From the IMG/VR virus record IMGVR_UViG_3300008952_001755, positions 7,361 to 71,360 of that record: a stretch of 64,000 bases of DNA. One strand, given 5' to 3'. The notes under the pieces are model-generated. The model made no database searches. It saw nothing but the letters and a program-made list of their open reading frames with translations, and was not told where the DNA came from. The position numbers were made by a program, and so were the translations under genes. The DNA comes from a virus. Below are positions 17,163-26,775 of the stretch, piece after piece; the first letter of the stretch is position 1; every line of letters begins with the position of its first letter.

Positions 17163-17966
17163 TCAACAGTTATTATCTACAGTAATAGTTATTGTGGGGA
17201 GACTGTTGTTCTCATCGGGCTCTGTTGCCGTATTATAAATATCAGCGTAAATACCAAACGCATAAGTACCTACATTAGTGTAGTATAGATCATTATATTG
17301 GAATGTATTTGAATAGGAGGTCCCAGGAGGCATAGACCCTACTGATTGTTCAGCAACTAACTCCACTTCTGGGTAGAAATCTAGAGCATCCAGAGTAAGA
17401 ATAGCTGTGTTAGGAGCATTAGCACCATCTAAGAACCTCCAGAAGCCTACAACAAACGGTTGGGCTGCATCGTTGCCGTTATTTTCAATAGTATACGAAT
17501 AGGTTACAGTTGGAGGAGGAGGATCATTTACAAACCCAGTACCAGCAGGATAACAGTAATTATAAGCTGCTTGCATATTGGTTGGAGGATAATATCCTTG
17601 ACCAGAAGCATGAAGTGATAATAAACTAGCTGCAAAAGAGGTCGTTTCAATGTTGGGGCTAGGAGCATCTCCAGTTGTTTCAGGTTGATCAACCGCAAAA
17701 CCTGTCCCCGCAGTTACTGTAGATTGTCCTGCTATCGTTGTGGCAGCCGCATGAGGGCTCTTTCCGTGGGTAGTTATTGCATCTCCAGGAAGAGATACCT
17801 TAATTCCTTCTACAAAAACATTCTGAGAACCAGGGCCAATAATTAGCCCCCCAGCAGTATCAGTTTCGACCCTACAAACACCCTTATTTTCAATAGTTAC
17901 TTTACTACTTCCAGTTTGTGAGTGTCCACAAGTTGCAGCGGTAGTTGCTACACAGATATCAGGCAT
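17163..17966 (-). CDS. PAAR-like spike-tip protein with C-terminal CARDB/Ig-like domain
   Basis: CGH...GSSKVTIENKGVCR...GSQNVFVEG...GDAITTHGKSPH (PAAR-like); YTIENNGNDAAQPFVVGF...ADIYNTATEPDENN (CARDB-like). Confidence 0.75.
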   Translation of the reverse strand: MPDICVATTAATCGHSQTGSSKVTIENKGVCRVETDTAGGLIIGPGSQNVFVEGIKVSLPGDAITTHGKSPHAAATTIAGQSTVTAGTGFAVDQPETTGDAPSPNIETTSFAASLLSLHASGQGYYPPTNMQAAYNYCYPAGTGFVNDPPPPTVTYSYTIENNGNDAAQPFVVGFWRFLDGANAPNTAILTLDALDFYPEVELVAEQSVGSMPPGTSYSNTFQYNDLYYTNVGTYAFGIYADIYNTATEPDENNSLPTITITVDNNC

Positions 17967-19096
17967 CAGCAATTCTCCACTTTAAATTCTTCAATCTTAC
18001 CAGTAGAAGTATACAAGAACTTAGGACTAGGAATGTATGTTCTGAGGACTATGTTCATGGTTTTTTTAAGAACCCTATCTTCTTTATCAGCTACACTTAT
18101 CTGTCCTACATCATCCTCAGAGTCTAAATATGCTTTGGCTAGTGTGGAGAACTCTGTAGGCACCTGCATTTCAGGATTAAATTTTAACCTAATCTGTTCA
18201 AGAATTTGATCCATGTCGGACATATACTTAGTCCAGATGTTTACTTGATACTTAACATTCACTGCCCTAGGGGCTAGACTAAGAACTCTGAAAGCTCTAT
18301 GCTTTTCTGCATCCCAGTACTTCTCATTAACTAAAAGACTCTCTGTTTTCTGTCTAGCAGCATCATTATCCGATACTGTCTGACCTATGGAAATGATAGG
18401 CAGGATGATGTTATTCTCTTGCTTCAGCTTGGCAATAGCCCTCTCAGCATTAGCATGGATACACATGATACTATTAAATTTCTCCTCTGAATCAATGTAT
18501 CCTACATCATTAAAGGATGCGATCATAGAGCGTAGAGATTCTCTGTAAACAAAAGAGATATTACTCTTAGCTTGGGTCATTTTGTAAATTACTTTACGCA
18601 CATCTCCTTCCCTAGTATCCCACCTCCTACTCCTACTTTCAAAGGAGGAAGGATCCCAAGTAGTAAGAACAGTCTCAGGCATTGATACGGTGTTAAATGA
18701 GGTTGCTTGAGAAGGGGTTAAAAAATTTAGGGGCTTGTTAAAGGATCCACCTCCTGCTGGGGTAAACCCTGTTTCATCATTGGTCATACTATGAGAACCA
18801 ACAGGGAAAGTGTAATACCCACCAAGAGAAGCACTATAGGTAGGTTCTCCAGAAACCCGCAAGGTCCAGATTAATCCAGCATCATCGCCAGTAATAGGCT
18901 GTAAAGCAATTAAAGAATCCTGTCCTATAGCCTTTAACTCATCTAAACGAGAAACTCCCGCATTATCGGTAGTAGAAATCCAAAGATTTGCTACTGTCCC
19001 TACTGCGGTACTCTGTGTATCAGTGGTTAAACCTCCTAGTGCAATATTTCCTTCTGCTAAGGACTTCCACTTCCACTCTGCAAGTTTAGAACTCAT
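17966..19096 (-). CDS. Tail completion/terminator protein (gp15-like) with N-terminal extension
   Basis: LPIISI, PRAVNVKYQVNIWTKYMSDMDQILEQIRLKFNP; follows the neck genes. Confidence 0.7.
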   Translation of the reverse strand: MSSKLAEWKWKSLAEGNIALGGLTTDTQSTAVGTVANLWISTTDNAGVSRLDELKAIGQDSLIALQPITGDDAGLIWTLRVSGEPTYSASLGGYYTFPVGSHSMTNDETGFTPAGGGSFNKPLNFLTPSQATSFNTVSMPETVLTTWDPSSFESRSRRWDTREGDVRKVIYKMTQAKSNISFVYRESLRSMIASFNDVGYIDSEEKFNSIMCIHANAERAIAKLKQENNIILPIISIGQTVSDNDAARQKTESLLVNEKYWDAEKHRAFRVLSLAPRAVNVKYQVNIWTKYMSDMDQILEQIRLKFNPEMQVPTEFSTLAKAYLDSEDDVGQISVADKEDRVLKKTMNIVLRTYIPSPKFLYTSTGKIEEFKVENC

Positions 19097-19664
19097 CGCT
19101 TATACCTGCATACCCCCCAAGCTCATCACTGACCTGGGTAAGAGGAGTGTCCTGAACATCAGGAGCATCACGGAGGAGTTTAGCAGAGCATACTAAATGG
19201 TACACACCATACGACTCAAAGCTATCCTCAACAACTTCGAAAATTTCATACCTTTGATCTTGGAAAAAAGGTTTCACAACATCTCCAGGGATGACAGACC
19301 TACCAATCTTCCTTTCAATATAACTCTTGTTGAAAGTAAAGAGTTGATCATTGGTTAACTCAATACCAAACTGGGTAAGCTCCTCACTCATAGAGATTGG
19401 ATCGTAGTGACCATGAACTGTAAGTGCTTGTTTAGCTACAGGCTTGTTACGAGACTCCATATAGACAGGATCATAATCAGCAGACTGATAGTACTTGTAG
19501 AAAGAGAACTTAGAACCAGCAAGACGAATCATCTCATCATCAACCAAGTTGAAGAGGTTAATGTCTGGATTATCCTGATCGAAGAGGTTGAGTAAACTCT
19601 CTCCTTCATCAAGATCAGGAAGCTCAGGGAGCTTCGTAGTTGCTTTGTAGTTCTTCTTTGCCAC
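19086..19664 (-). CDS. Neck protein (gp14-like)
   Basis: DPVYMES, LTQFGIELTND, PGDVV, YEIFEV; synteny gp13-gp14-gp15. Confidence 0.7.
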   Translation of the reverse strand: MAKKNYKATTKLPELPDLDEGESLLNLFDQDNPDINLFNLVDDEMIRLAGSKFSFYKYYQSADYDPVYMESRNKPVAKQALTVHGHYDPISMSEELTQFGIELTNDQLFTFNKSYIERKIGRSVIPGDVVKPFFQDQRYEIFEVVEDSFESYGVYHLVCSAKLLRDAPDVQDTPLTQVSDELGGYAGISDEF

Positions 19665-19668
19665 TTAA

Positions 19669-20661
19669 TCACCCATCAGGACCTGCCCTTTTCTTTCTAT
19701 CATCTGCATCCAGTGCTGCCTGAGTTTTTTTATCTAATTCAGGGAAAATACTATCCGGCTCCCTGCTCCTGCCTTTCTTCTTACCAGACTTCGCAGCCGC
19801 TGCTCTTTCCCTTCTTGCTTTCATTCTAGCATTAAGATGCACTTGGACCATGTGTTGAGCTTGGGGGTTAGTAGACCCAGGCTTTACTTGAAGCTTCTTT
19901 TCCATCCTTTTCTTAGCTTTTTTTGCGCCCTTCCTCTTGACTGGATCTTTTATCGCTTTAGAGGATCTTTTTGCTCCTCCTGATGAACGAGCTATTGGAT
20001 GAGCAAATCCTGTTGGATCGCTAGTTCCTTTTGCCCTCGGATCGGCTTCATGGGCCTCCATTAATTTTTTAATATATCTATTCATAATTTTACCTTCTCC
20101 CTGTAATTCCTTTTTCTTTTGCTGTATTAACTCCTCGGCCCTTCTTTCACCAGAAGCATAGCTACCCCCAACTTCATCCTCTTCCTCTGCTTGGTTCCCT
20201 TGTGCTTTTTGTGCTATTCTATCTTTAGCCATTTGGATTGCTTTTCTCTTAGCCATCTTACCACCAGTCTTAAGAGCCCCTCCAACTGCTTTAGCACCAG
20301 CCTTCGCAGCCCCCACAGCCCCTTTACCAACACCAGCCGCAATCCTAGCTGCTACCCCACCTGCTGCTGCCGCTGCTGCCCCTAGAGGGGCAAGAATGGC
20401 TATCTCATCAACTCTATAACCCATAGCTTCGGCTAAATATAAGCCTAGTCTTTTGTACTCGGTAGATGAGTTAACTTTCGTAACCGTTTTAATAGGTCGT
20501 TGTCTTTTTCTTTTATCAGCCACCTCTTCAGGGCTAACAGGTTTACTAGGGGATCCAGCCCGTACTCTCTGGGCTGTAATTTCTCTCGTTAATTCTTCAT
20601 CAGATTTAGTTTTGCGGGGTCTTCCCCGTTCGCTTCCGTATGTTCCTGGACCTTTAGGCAT
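19669..20661 (-). CDS. Basic protein, putative internal head protein
   Basis: Lys/Arg/Ala-rich; STEYKRLGLYLAE and RYIKKLMEA motifs. Confidence 0.55.
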   Translation of the reverse strand: MPKGPGTYGSERGRPRKTKSDEELTREITAQRVRAGSPSKPVSPEEVADKRKRQRPIKTVTKVNSSTEYKRLGLYLAEAMGYRVDEIAILAPLGAAAAAAGGVAARIAAGVGKGAVGAAKAGAKAVGGALKTGGKMAKRKAIQMAKDRIAQKAQGNQAEEEDEVGGSYASGERRAEELIQQKKKELQGEGKIMNRYIKKLMEAHEADPRAKGTSDPTGFAHPIARSSGGAKRSSKAIKDPVKRKGAKKAKKRMEKKLQVKPGSTNPQAQHMVQVHLNARMKARRERAAAAKSGKKKGRSREPDSIFPELDKKTQAALDADDRKKRAGPDG

Positions 20662-20663
20662 GA

Positions 20664-21551
20664 TTAAAATAGTGTGAACGCAGGAGGTTCTTCAATTTCT
20701 GAGAGAAGCTCTTCTTTAAGCTTATCCTTTTCGGCTACACTTTGTTGTGCTAACTCTGCGCCGTTTAAACTTGCGCCTCCACCTGGAGACGGAAGTGATT
20801 TATATTTCCCTCTTACTTCTCCTAAGATTCCTTTGCATACAGCTAAAGCGAAGCGTTGAATCCAGTTCTTATAATAGGGGTGCATGGTATATGTATCTAG
20901 GGCTCTGTAAATTAAGATAACAGTTTGGCTATTGCTGACAGGGGTTGGATACAGTTGTAAAACATTTCCGTTTACTACATCCCAGGAGCCCTCCTGGCTT
21001 AGAATTTTTCTAATCATCTCTAAGTGCTGCTGCATTAGATAGAAATCAGACACTTGGAAATTACTAAAGAGGAAATTATCTTGGAAGTATTTGATAAAGA
21101 AATCAAACTCTAATGAACCCGCCATGTTCTGGAGACTGAGTAATGATTTCTTATACACAACATAGGAGAGGTTATAAGCTATATGCATAGGAAGCATATA
21201 AGCTCCCACTCCTGCTGAACATTCGAATGTAGCACACTGCGTTGTCCAAAAAGGAGCATGATAATCTAGGTTAGTTACAGCTTCATCAATTGCAGTCTTA
21301 ATTTGAAAAGGGGTAAGCTCTACCCGAACAACAGGATGCCCTAGTCTAGCGAGAACAAAATCGTGAACAGTTTCCTCAAAAGGATCAAGCTCAACTCCAT
21401 CCGACAATAGACCTTTATTTAGTTTAAAAGAATCAATAGCGGTAGAATAGATATCAGTGTCCCCAAGGTTCCTACCACCGTAGGTGCCAAAGGTATCACC
21501 ATATCCCACCAGCCTAGGATCAACTTTCGGTGCCGCTGCCGCTCTTGCCAT
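20664..21551 (-). CDS. Neck/head-tail adaptor protein (gp13-like)
   Basis: LARLGHPVVRVEL...QIKTAIDEA, WIQRFALAVCKGILGEVRGKY, PGGGASLNG. Confidence 0.82.
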   Translation of the reverse strand: MARAAAAPKVDPRLVGYGDTFGTYGGRNLGDTDIYSTAIDSFKLNKGLLSDGVELDPFEETVHDFVLARLGHPVVRVELTPFQIKTAIDEAVTNLDYHAPFWTTQCATFECSAGVGAYMLPMHIAYNLSYVVYKKSLLSLQNMAGSLEFDFFIKYFQDNFLFSNFQVSDFYLMQQHLEMIRKILSQEGSWDVVNGNVLQLYPTPVSNSQTVILIYRALDTYTMHPYYKNWIQRFALAVCKGILGEVRGKYKSLPSPGGGASLNGAELAQQSVAEKDKLKEELLSEIEEPPAFTLF

Positions 21552-21756
21552 GATTTTCCTCTATAAAGATATTTGGTTTGGAGATCTTTACGGGTCTCCC
21601 TTTCTTCTTCTTCTCTACTGGTTTATTAATTAACTCTAAGTATCTTGAACTAACCAATGATTTTGATTCAAACAATTCTGAAGGTCTAATCTCTACTACT
21701 TCACCATCAATGTGAAGAAGCATATTCCACCTGCATTTGCTTCGATATTTATACAT
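21520..21756 (-). CDS. Small basic hypothetical protein
   Basis: 78-aa ORF after the capsid terminator; KKKKGRP. Confidence 0.5.
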   Translation of the reverse strand: MYKYRSKCRWNMLLHIDGEVVEIRPSELFESKSLVSSRYLELINKPVEKKKKGRPVKISKPNIFIEENHGKSGSGTES

Positions 21757-21780
21757 AATAGTCTACAGTATATAGGAAAG

Positions 21781-21816
21781 AAAAGAGGGCCAGAGGACAA
21801 AAAACCTCTGGCCCTC
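21781..21816 (-). terminator. Rho-independent terminator after the major capsid gene
   Basis: GAGGGCCAGAGG-N8-CCTCTGGCCCTC 12-bp stem followed by TTTTCTTT on the minus strand. Confidence 0.85.
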
Positions 21817-21840
21817 GTAATTATTTACTTACTTGTCTAA

Positions 21841-23529
21841 TCAGACAGTGGTAGCAGCACCCAAGTTAGCATCGTTACGAGAGAACGGGCTGAACAGGTA
21901 GTTACTCGTAGGACCGATAATACGGATCACACGATAGAACCTGTTCATAGGCTCAATCTGTACCTTACCATAGCGGGTCAGAATACCTTTCCTGGGCTGG
22001 AAGGACTCAGGATCAACAATAGTTGGGAGTTGCTGGAGCGGAATGTACGGGGCATAAATATACCCAGCATCCATAGCGTTAGAACCTTTGTAGCCGACAA
22101 GAATCTCATCAGTCGGGTACATCGGATCAACATACAGATCATAACGACCCATAAACTTGCCCTTATACTCAATGCTGTTACGACCAATGTTGGTAGGACC
22201 ATCATTAGGCATTACACCACCTTCAAGCTTGGCAGCACTCTCAAGGAGAGAAGCAACAAGCGGAGAGGTCAAAAGCCAATTACCAGGACCACGCATGGTC
22301 GTGCGGTAAATATCTTGCGAAGCTAGGTTAATGATAGCAAGCAAGTTAGCATACACTTCGCCAACATGACGAGGATACATGCTAAGGCTAGACTGACTAA
22401 AATCAATCACGAAGATATTGGAATCCACTTTGGCAGAACCAAGAGAAGTGGCTGTTCCAGTACCTTCTGCACCATCGAAATCATAGGTAAACTGAGCGGG
22501 AACGAAAGTACCCGTAGCAGCAGAGTTACCATCAAGACCAGGGAAAATCCCATCGCCTGCGTTACCCAAGCTGATGTAGTTAGAATCCATAAGATTCTGA
22601 TCAACACCACCCAGGTTCCTGTCACGCAAACCATACGCAATCATGCGAAGGTCTTCAATGAGTTCACGGTCGATCTCAAGTTGAAGTTCCTTCGAAAGAA
22701 GCTCAGTAAGCTCACGCTCAAGGTCAAGGTTGTGATAAGCCTTAAGGTCTTGAGAAGCCTCAAGAGTCCAAAGAGCCCTCATCTTACGAGTGTTAGCCAC
22801 AACAGCTTCTTGCTCGATGTGGAAGGTCATCTCAGGGATGCCCGTTCCAGTCAGACGCTCACCACCAGACAGGTTGTAGCCTCCAACGAATTCGGTGTTA
22901 GGCCACGCAGCGATCTGACCACCCATCGTACCAGAACCAGCACCAGCACCTTGGATTGAAGTACCAGAACCAGCCAAGACATTGGAAACATCAAAGCCTT
23001 CATCAGCAATATCACCATCAAGACCAGCACCCGCAGTCCCGAACTGGGTGCCATCCTTAGCAAGGAATGTACCATCGTCAGCAGCAATATTACCCAAATC
23101 AGCAACAGCAGGACCAGAAGCAGAACCGATACGCTGTGCAACATTACCAGCGTAGGTCAGGTTGAACTTACTGAAAACCGCTTGGTTAGTAGCTCCACCT
23201 TCTTTAGCGCGAGAGTTACCCAGATAGAAGACCTGTGAGACAGGACCCTGCATGGGCTGAACACCAACAAGACTGTTGGCTAAAAGTTTAGGGTAAACCC
23301 TACGAACGAGAGGGAAAGCAAACTTTTGGAAGGTTCCAAGCTGACCAGTAGTGGTAGCAGCAGCGGTAATTGCTTCGTCAATATTTTTAACTTTCTCGTC
23401 AATGATAGATTTCGCTTGGTTCTCAAGAAGTTGAGCAGTCACTCTACGGGTATAATCACTATCAATACCCTCCAGCACTGGCTCCCACTTCTGGACAAGC
23501 GTTCCATCAGTTTGATGCATAATATCCAT
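21841..23529 (-). CDS. Major capsid protein (gp23-like)
   Basis: KWEPVL, LLENQ, PLVRR, GVQPMQGP, QDLKAYHNLD, EIDRE, GYIYAPYIPL, SFQPRKGILTRYG. Confidence 0.96.
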   Translation of the reverse strand: MDIMHQTDGTLVQKWEPVLEGIDSDYTRRVTAQLLENQAKSIIDEKVKNIDEAITAAATTTGQLGTFQKFAFPLVRRVYPKLLANSLVGVQPMQGPVSQVFYLGNSRAKEGGATNQAVFSKFNLTYAGNVAQRIGSASGPAVADLGNIAADDGTFLAKDGTQFGTAGAGLDGDIADEGFDVSNVLAGSGTSIQGAGAGSGTMGGQIAAWPNTEFVGGYNLSGGERLTGTGIPEMTFHIEQEAVVANTRKMRALWTLEASQDLKAYHNLDLERELTELLSKELQLEIDRELIEDLRMIAYGLRDRNLGGVDQNLMDSNYISLGNAGDGIFPGLDGNSAATGTFVPAQFTYDFDGAEGTGTATSLGSAKVDSNIFVIDFSQSSLSMYPRHVGEVYANLLAIINLASQDIYRTTMRGPGNWLLTSPLVASLLESAAKLEGGVMPNDGPTNIGRNSIEYKGKFMGRYDLYVDPMYPTDEILVGYKGSNAMDAGYIYAPYIPLQQLPTIVDPESFQPRKGILTRYGKVQIEPMNRFYRVIRIIGPTSNYLFSPFSRNDANLGAATTV

Positions 23530-23544
23530 TTTTATATAATCCTA

Positions 23545-24189
23545 TTAAGATTGGGAGGAGAAGGGCATGAACTTCATGACCTCATCGTTTAAGAACTCAT
23601 TAGAGTAATGAGTTCTTTCTTCGTTGATCTCTTTGTCCGCACTGGAGACAACAATTGCTCGTTCGGAAGAGAGAAATTTCTCCTCAGAAGCAGCTTCTAG
23701 ATTCTCAACTTCTTCAAGAAGCTGTTCTTTTTGGCCTTCAAGATCATGTACCGTATTTTCAGTAACAGAAACCTTACCATCTAAAACTTTAACAGTGTTT
23801 TGAAGGTTTTCGTTTTCACGAACAAGCAAATTAACTTGATCCGTTAAAACATCAAACTCTTCCTGAAGCTCACCATGTTGGTTCGTCATTTCAGAAAGGG
23901 CAGTATCTTCATCACCACTATTTAATTCCAGGGCCATCAAAGTTCTTACTGATTCAAAAAGTCTAGCGTTACGGAACACTTCGCTTTCTTCACTAAGTTC
24001 AGAAAGAGCTTGGTCTTTTAATTGATCCACTTTAGTTCTAAGGTAAGCGTTTACCTTAGCTTCAAGTAGGCTGATTTTCTCCGAGACTTGTTCATTAATA
24101 GCAGAATCCACCATTCCGAAAATAGCTTCGACAGTGGATTCATCAAGTCCTTCTGGTAGAATATCAGCGATATTCTTCACATTACTCAT
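23545..24189 (-). CDS. Prohead core scaffold protein (gp22-like)
   Basis: Acidic coiled-coil between protease and capsid genes; AGGAG RBS. Confidence 0.75.
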   Translation of the reverse strand: MSNVKNIADILPEGLDESTVEAIFGMVDSAINEQVSEKISLLEAKVNAYLRTKVDQLKDQALSELSEESEVFRNARLFESVRTLMALELNSGDEDTALSEMTNQHGELQEEFDVLTDQVNLLVRENENLQNTVKVLDGKVSVTENTVHDLEGQKEQLLEEVENLEAASEEKFLSSERAIVVSSADKEINEERTHYSNEFLNDEVMKFMPFSSQS

Positions 24190-24212
24190 AAGTAAAATCT
24201 CCTAGGTTATTA

Positions 24213-24219
24213 TATTTAT
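24213..24219 (-). promoter_or_regulatory. T4-like late promoter candidate (ATAAATA) upstream of scaffold/capsid
   Basis: AATAAATATAAT in an AT-rich gap about 24 nt before ATG 24189; close to the gp55 consensus TATAAATA. Confidence 0.5.
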
Positions 24220-24263
24220 TATTTAATTTTAAATAATATGTTTTTTTTTAAAAAATGTAGGCG

Positions 24264-26774
24264 TTAGAATTCCTTACCTGATTGTACCAGATCAACTTTA
24301 ACTTTCCTCTGCCTCTCTTTCTCCGCAGTAGGGTTCCTGTGGGGTCTCTTGAACTTCTTATGTCCAGGTAAGAAAGATTGCTCTCGCTTCCAGTCCGCGT
24401 CTGCCGTAGCCAGTTCCTGAGGACCCATACTCTTGTATGTTCTCCTGATCTCATTAAGACCTAACATCTCAGCGAGTATAGAACCGATTTGAGCATACTC
24501 AGTACTTGCTCGTTGTTGTGTCGCTAAATTAAGAGCTTTCTTCTTCTTTCGGGGAAGACCTTGAGCCTCTGGAGAACTCCAGTGGGCTTGTCTACTTTTC
24601 TGCCTCTGAATCTGAGAGGATCTAGCTCCTGCCGTACTACCTTTCTTTCTTAGGTCCCTGAGTGCTGCTACATCTGTTGCTCTTTGAGCGATATTCTTAG
24701 TACTTCTTTTGGTAGGAGCGAACCTTGTAGGCTTTGCTTGCCGAAGGGCTCGGGATCGTCCTTCAGCGGCTTCCTGACCACCCCATCGGTCAACAGCAGC
24801 CTGATTCCTGGCTGCTAGATTCTTTGAACTAATAGGTCCTTTATCAAGCGCACCACCAAATTCCCTTTTAGCTTTATGTTCCGCTGGTGTTTTACCATCT
24901 TTCCCAGATTGAGGCTTATCTTGGGGAATATCGGAAGCAGGAGGAGTCTTAGGAGTCGTAGTATCCTTGGCTGTCTCGGGAGTCGTAGTATCCTTGGCTG
25001 TCCCGCGCCTCTTCTTTATAAAGCTTCTAACAGCCCGACCAGCCCGACCAGTAAGCTGACCAGCCTTACGCCCTAACTCAGGAAGTTTCTCGGCAGATTT
25101 CACGGCCAAATCACGGGCTTGACCATGCGCCCCCCTCACTACCCCAGCCCCACTTCTGAGCGTCAAGCCTTGGCTTGCGACACTTCCTTCTGGAGCCGCA
25201 GCCCTCTCTTTTGCCCGTAACGCTTGTATGTTAGTTTGTTTATGTTGAACATCACCAGTTTTAGTAGCCTGTTTTGCGCCTGCTCTATCCGCTTTACCCT
25301 GTGTTTTTACATCTCCGAGGGCTGTAATCCTATCGGTGGTTACACCGCTTTTAGCTTGGATTTTAGAAACCTTTGCATCAGCTTTGGCTTTGGTTTTAGA
25401 AGCCGCTGCCTCACCTTTAGCTTGGGCTGCTGGCAATTTTTTAGCTTGGGTTCTCGCATCTTTTGCCAGACTTAGCCCTTGTCTTCGCTCCTGGGAATGC
25501 CGAACAGCACGGGCAATAAAACCTTCTCTTCCCTGACCTCCAGCACCTCCACCTTGGCTCCTATTTAGGGCTCTTGCTTGTCTTTTTGCTGCCTTTGCTG
25601 TTTCCTCTGCGGCTGATTCTTTCTCTTGAGTAGCGAAATCTTCCATAAGAAGCTTACCTATTTGAAGGTAGGAAGTTCCAGCAGCAATACGAGTAGGTTT
25701 AACATCGTCTTCCCTTTCTGTTTTAGGGAGAGCCCGAAGGACTACAAGTTTTTCTTTTTCACTACCTGCCTCTTTTTTTTTAGCCTTGTCCTCTTTTTTA
25801 GCTTTTTGTCTTTTCTCTGCGCGTTTCTGCGTAAGTGCTCTAGTCCTTACAGGTCTTGTTGCCCTTCGAATCCTTCTTAAAGAAGCCTTCATGCTATCAG
25901 CCTGTTCCTGCTCCTTTGATTTTTTTAATTGAGCAGCGAAGTCTTCTCCAAGAAGAGCTTCTGCAATTCGATGCCAAATACCATCAGCTTTCACTAACTC
26001 AAAAGCGTCAGATACTGCTTGTGCTTGTGGTCGTATAAGAGGGTACTTCTTCCTCTTCTGGTTTAAGTCCGCAATCTGATCTTTAAGAGTTTTTGGTTCC
26101 TCTGATTCCTCTGATTTCTTTGGTTTCTTTGGTTTCTTTGGTTTCTTATTTTGCTTGGCCTCTTCAATCCAAGGCTGATAAGCATCACGCATCTTAGACT
26201 CAAGCATGGTAACAAAATTGCTTTCTTTCTTAAGCTTAGATTGAGATTCACGAACAAACTTCGACTGAGTAGACTCAGCTAGAGCAGGATATGCTCCCCT
26301 TGTTGATGGATCAGCAACGAGATCGAAGGTTACAAGACGGAAATCCTCGTTCACAATCTTGTCTCCATTGTGGTCCTCAGAAAGAGTACCCATTCCTCTA
26401 GAAGAAATACCAACCTTAACTCCACCTTCCACTAAGGCTTTAGCAGTAAGCCCTGCGGGGGTTTTAAGGATTTCAGCCTCACCAATAAGCTCATTACCTT
26501 TCATTTCAAGTTTAGTGACTAGGTGAGAAGCATTGGCTAATTTAACCGTGTCGTTCTGGGGGTGATCAAGCTCACCACATAATCTTCGTTCTGCGATAAG
26601 AGGCTTTACTTTTTCAAGTTGGCCCTCCAGGACTGCTGTAGGGTAAATTCTTCCGTTGTTATTCTTCTCATTACAACGACCGAAGATTCCACGAATTTTC
26701 ATGGGGCCATCAGCTTTTCCTTCATTTATAACTTGAAGTTGTTCAATGATAAAAGTATCTTGTAGTAATTGCAT
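24264..26774 (-). CDS. Prohead protease (gp21-like) with ~620-aa basic C-terminal extension
   Basis: KNNNGRIYP, GELDHP, SHLVTKL, TPAG, GISSRGMG, TFDLVADPS; start set at MQLLQD (26774) after GGGAG. Confidence 0.88.
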   Translation of the reverse strand: MQLLQDTFIIEQLQVINEGKADGPMKIRGIFGRCNEKNNNGRIYPTAVLEGQLEKVKPLIAERRLCGELDHPQNDTVKLANASHLVTKLEMKGNELIGEAEILKTPAGLTAKALVEGGVKVGISSRGMGTLSEDHNGDKIVNEDFRLVTFDLVADPSTRGAYPALAESTQSKFVRESQSKLKKESNFVTMLESKMRDAYQPWIEEAKQNKKPKKPKKPKKSEESEEPKTLKDQIADLNQKRKKYPLIRPQAQAVSDAFELVKADGIWHRIAEALLGEDFAAQLKKSKEQEQADSMKASLRRIRRATRPVRTRALTQKRAEKRQKAKKEDKAKKKEAGSEKEKLVVLRALPKTEREDDVKPTRIAAGTSYLQIGKLLMEDFATQEKESAAEETAKAAKRQARALNRSQGGGAGGQGREGFIARAVRHSQERRQGLSLAKDARTQAKKLPAAQAKGEAAASKTKAKADAKVSKIQAKSGVTTDRITALGDVKTQGKADRAGAKQATKTGDVQHKQTNIQALRAKERAAAPEGSVASQGLTLRSGAGVVRGAHGQARDLAVKSAEKLPELGRKAGQLTGRAGRAVRSFIKKRRGTAKDTTTPETAKDTTTPKTPPASDIPQDKPQSGKDGKTPAEHKAKREFGGALDKGPISSKNLAARNQAAVDRWGGQEAAEGRSRALRQAKPTRFAPTKRSTKNIAQRATDVAALRDLRKKGSTAGARSSQIQRQKSRQAHWSSPEAQGLPRKKKKALNLATQQRASTEYAQIGSILAEMLGLNEIRRTYKSMGPQELATADADWKREQSFLPGHKKFKRPHRNPTAEKERQRKVKVDLVQSGKEF
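24952..25002. repeat. 24-nt direct repeat (period 27) encoding TAKDTTTP twice
   Basis: ggagtcgtagtatccttggctgtc at 24952-24975 and 24979-25002. Confidence 0.85.
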
Positions 26775-26775
26775 A

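Noticed and set aside
21978-23592. Several alternative-frame and antisense ORFs over the capsid gene, including a 197-aa plus-strand ORF
   Set aside because: Shadow ORFs expected from codon bias of a highly expressed gene; no recognisable motifs
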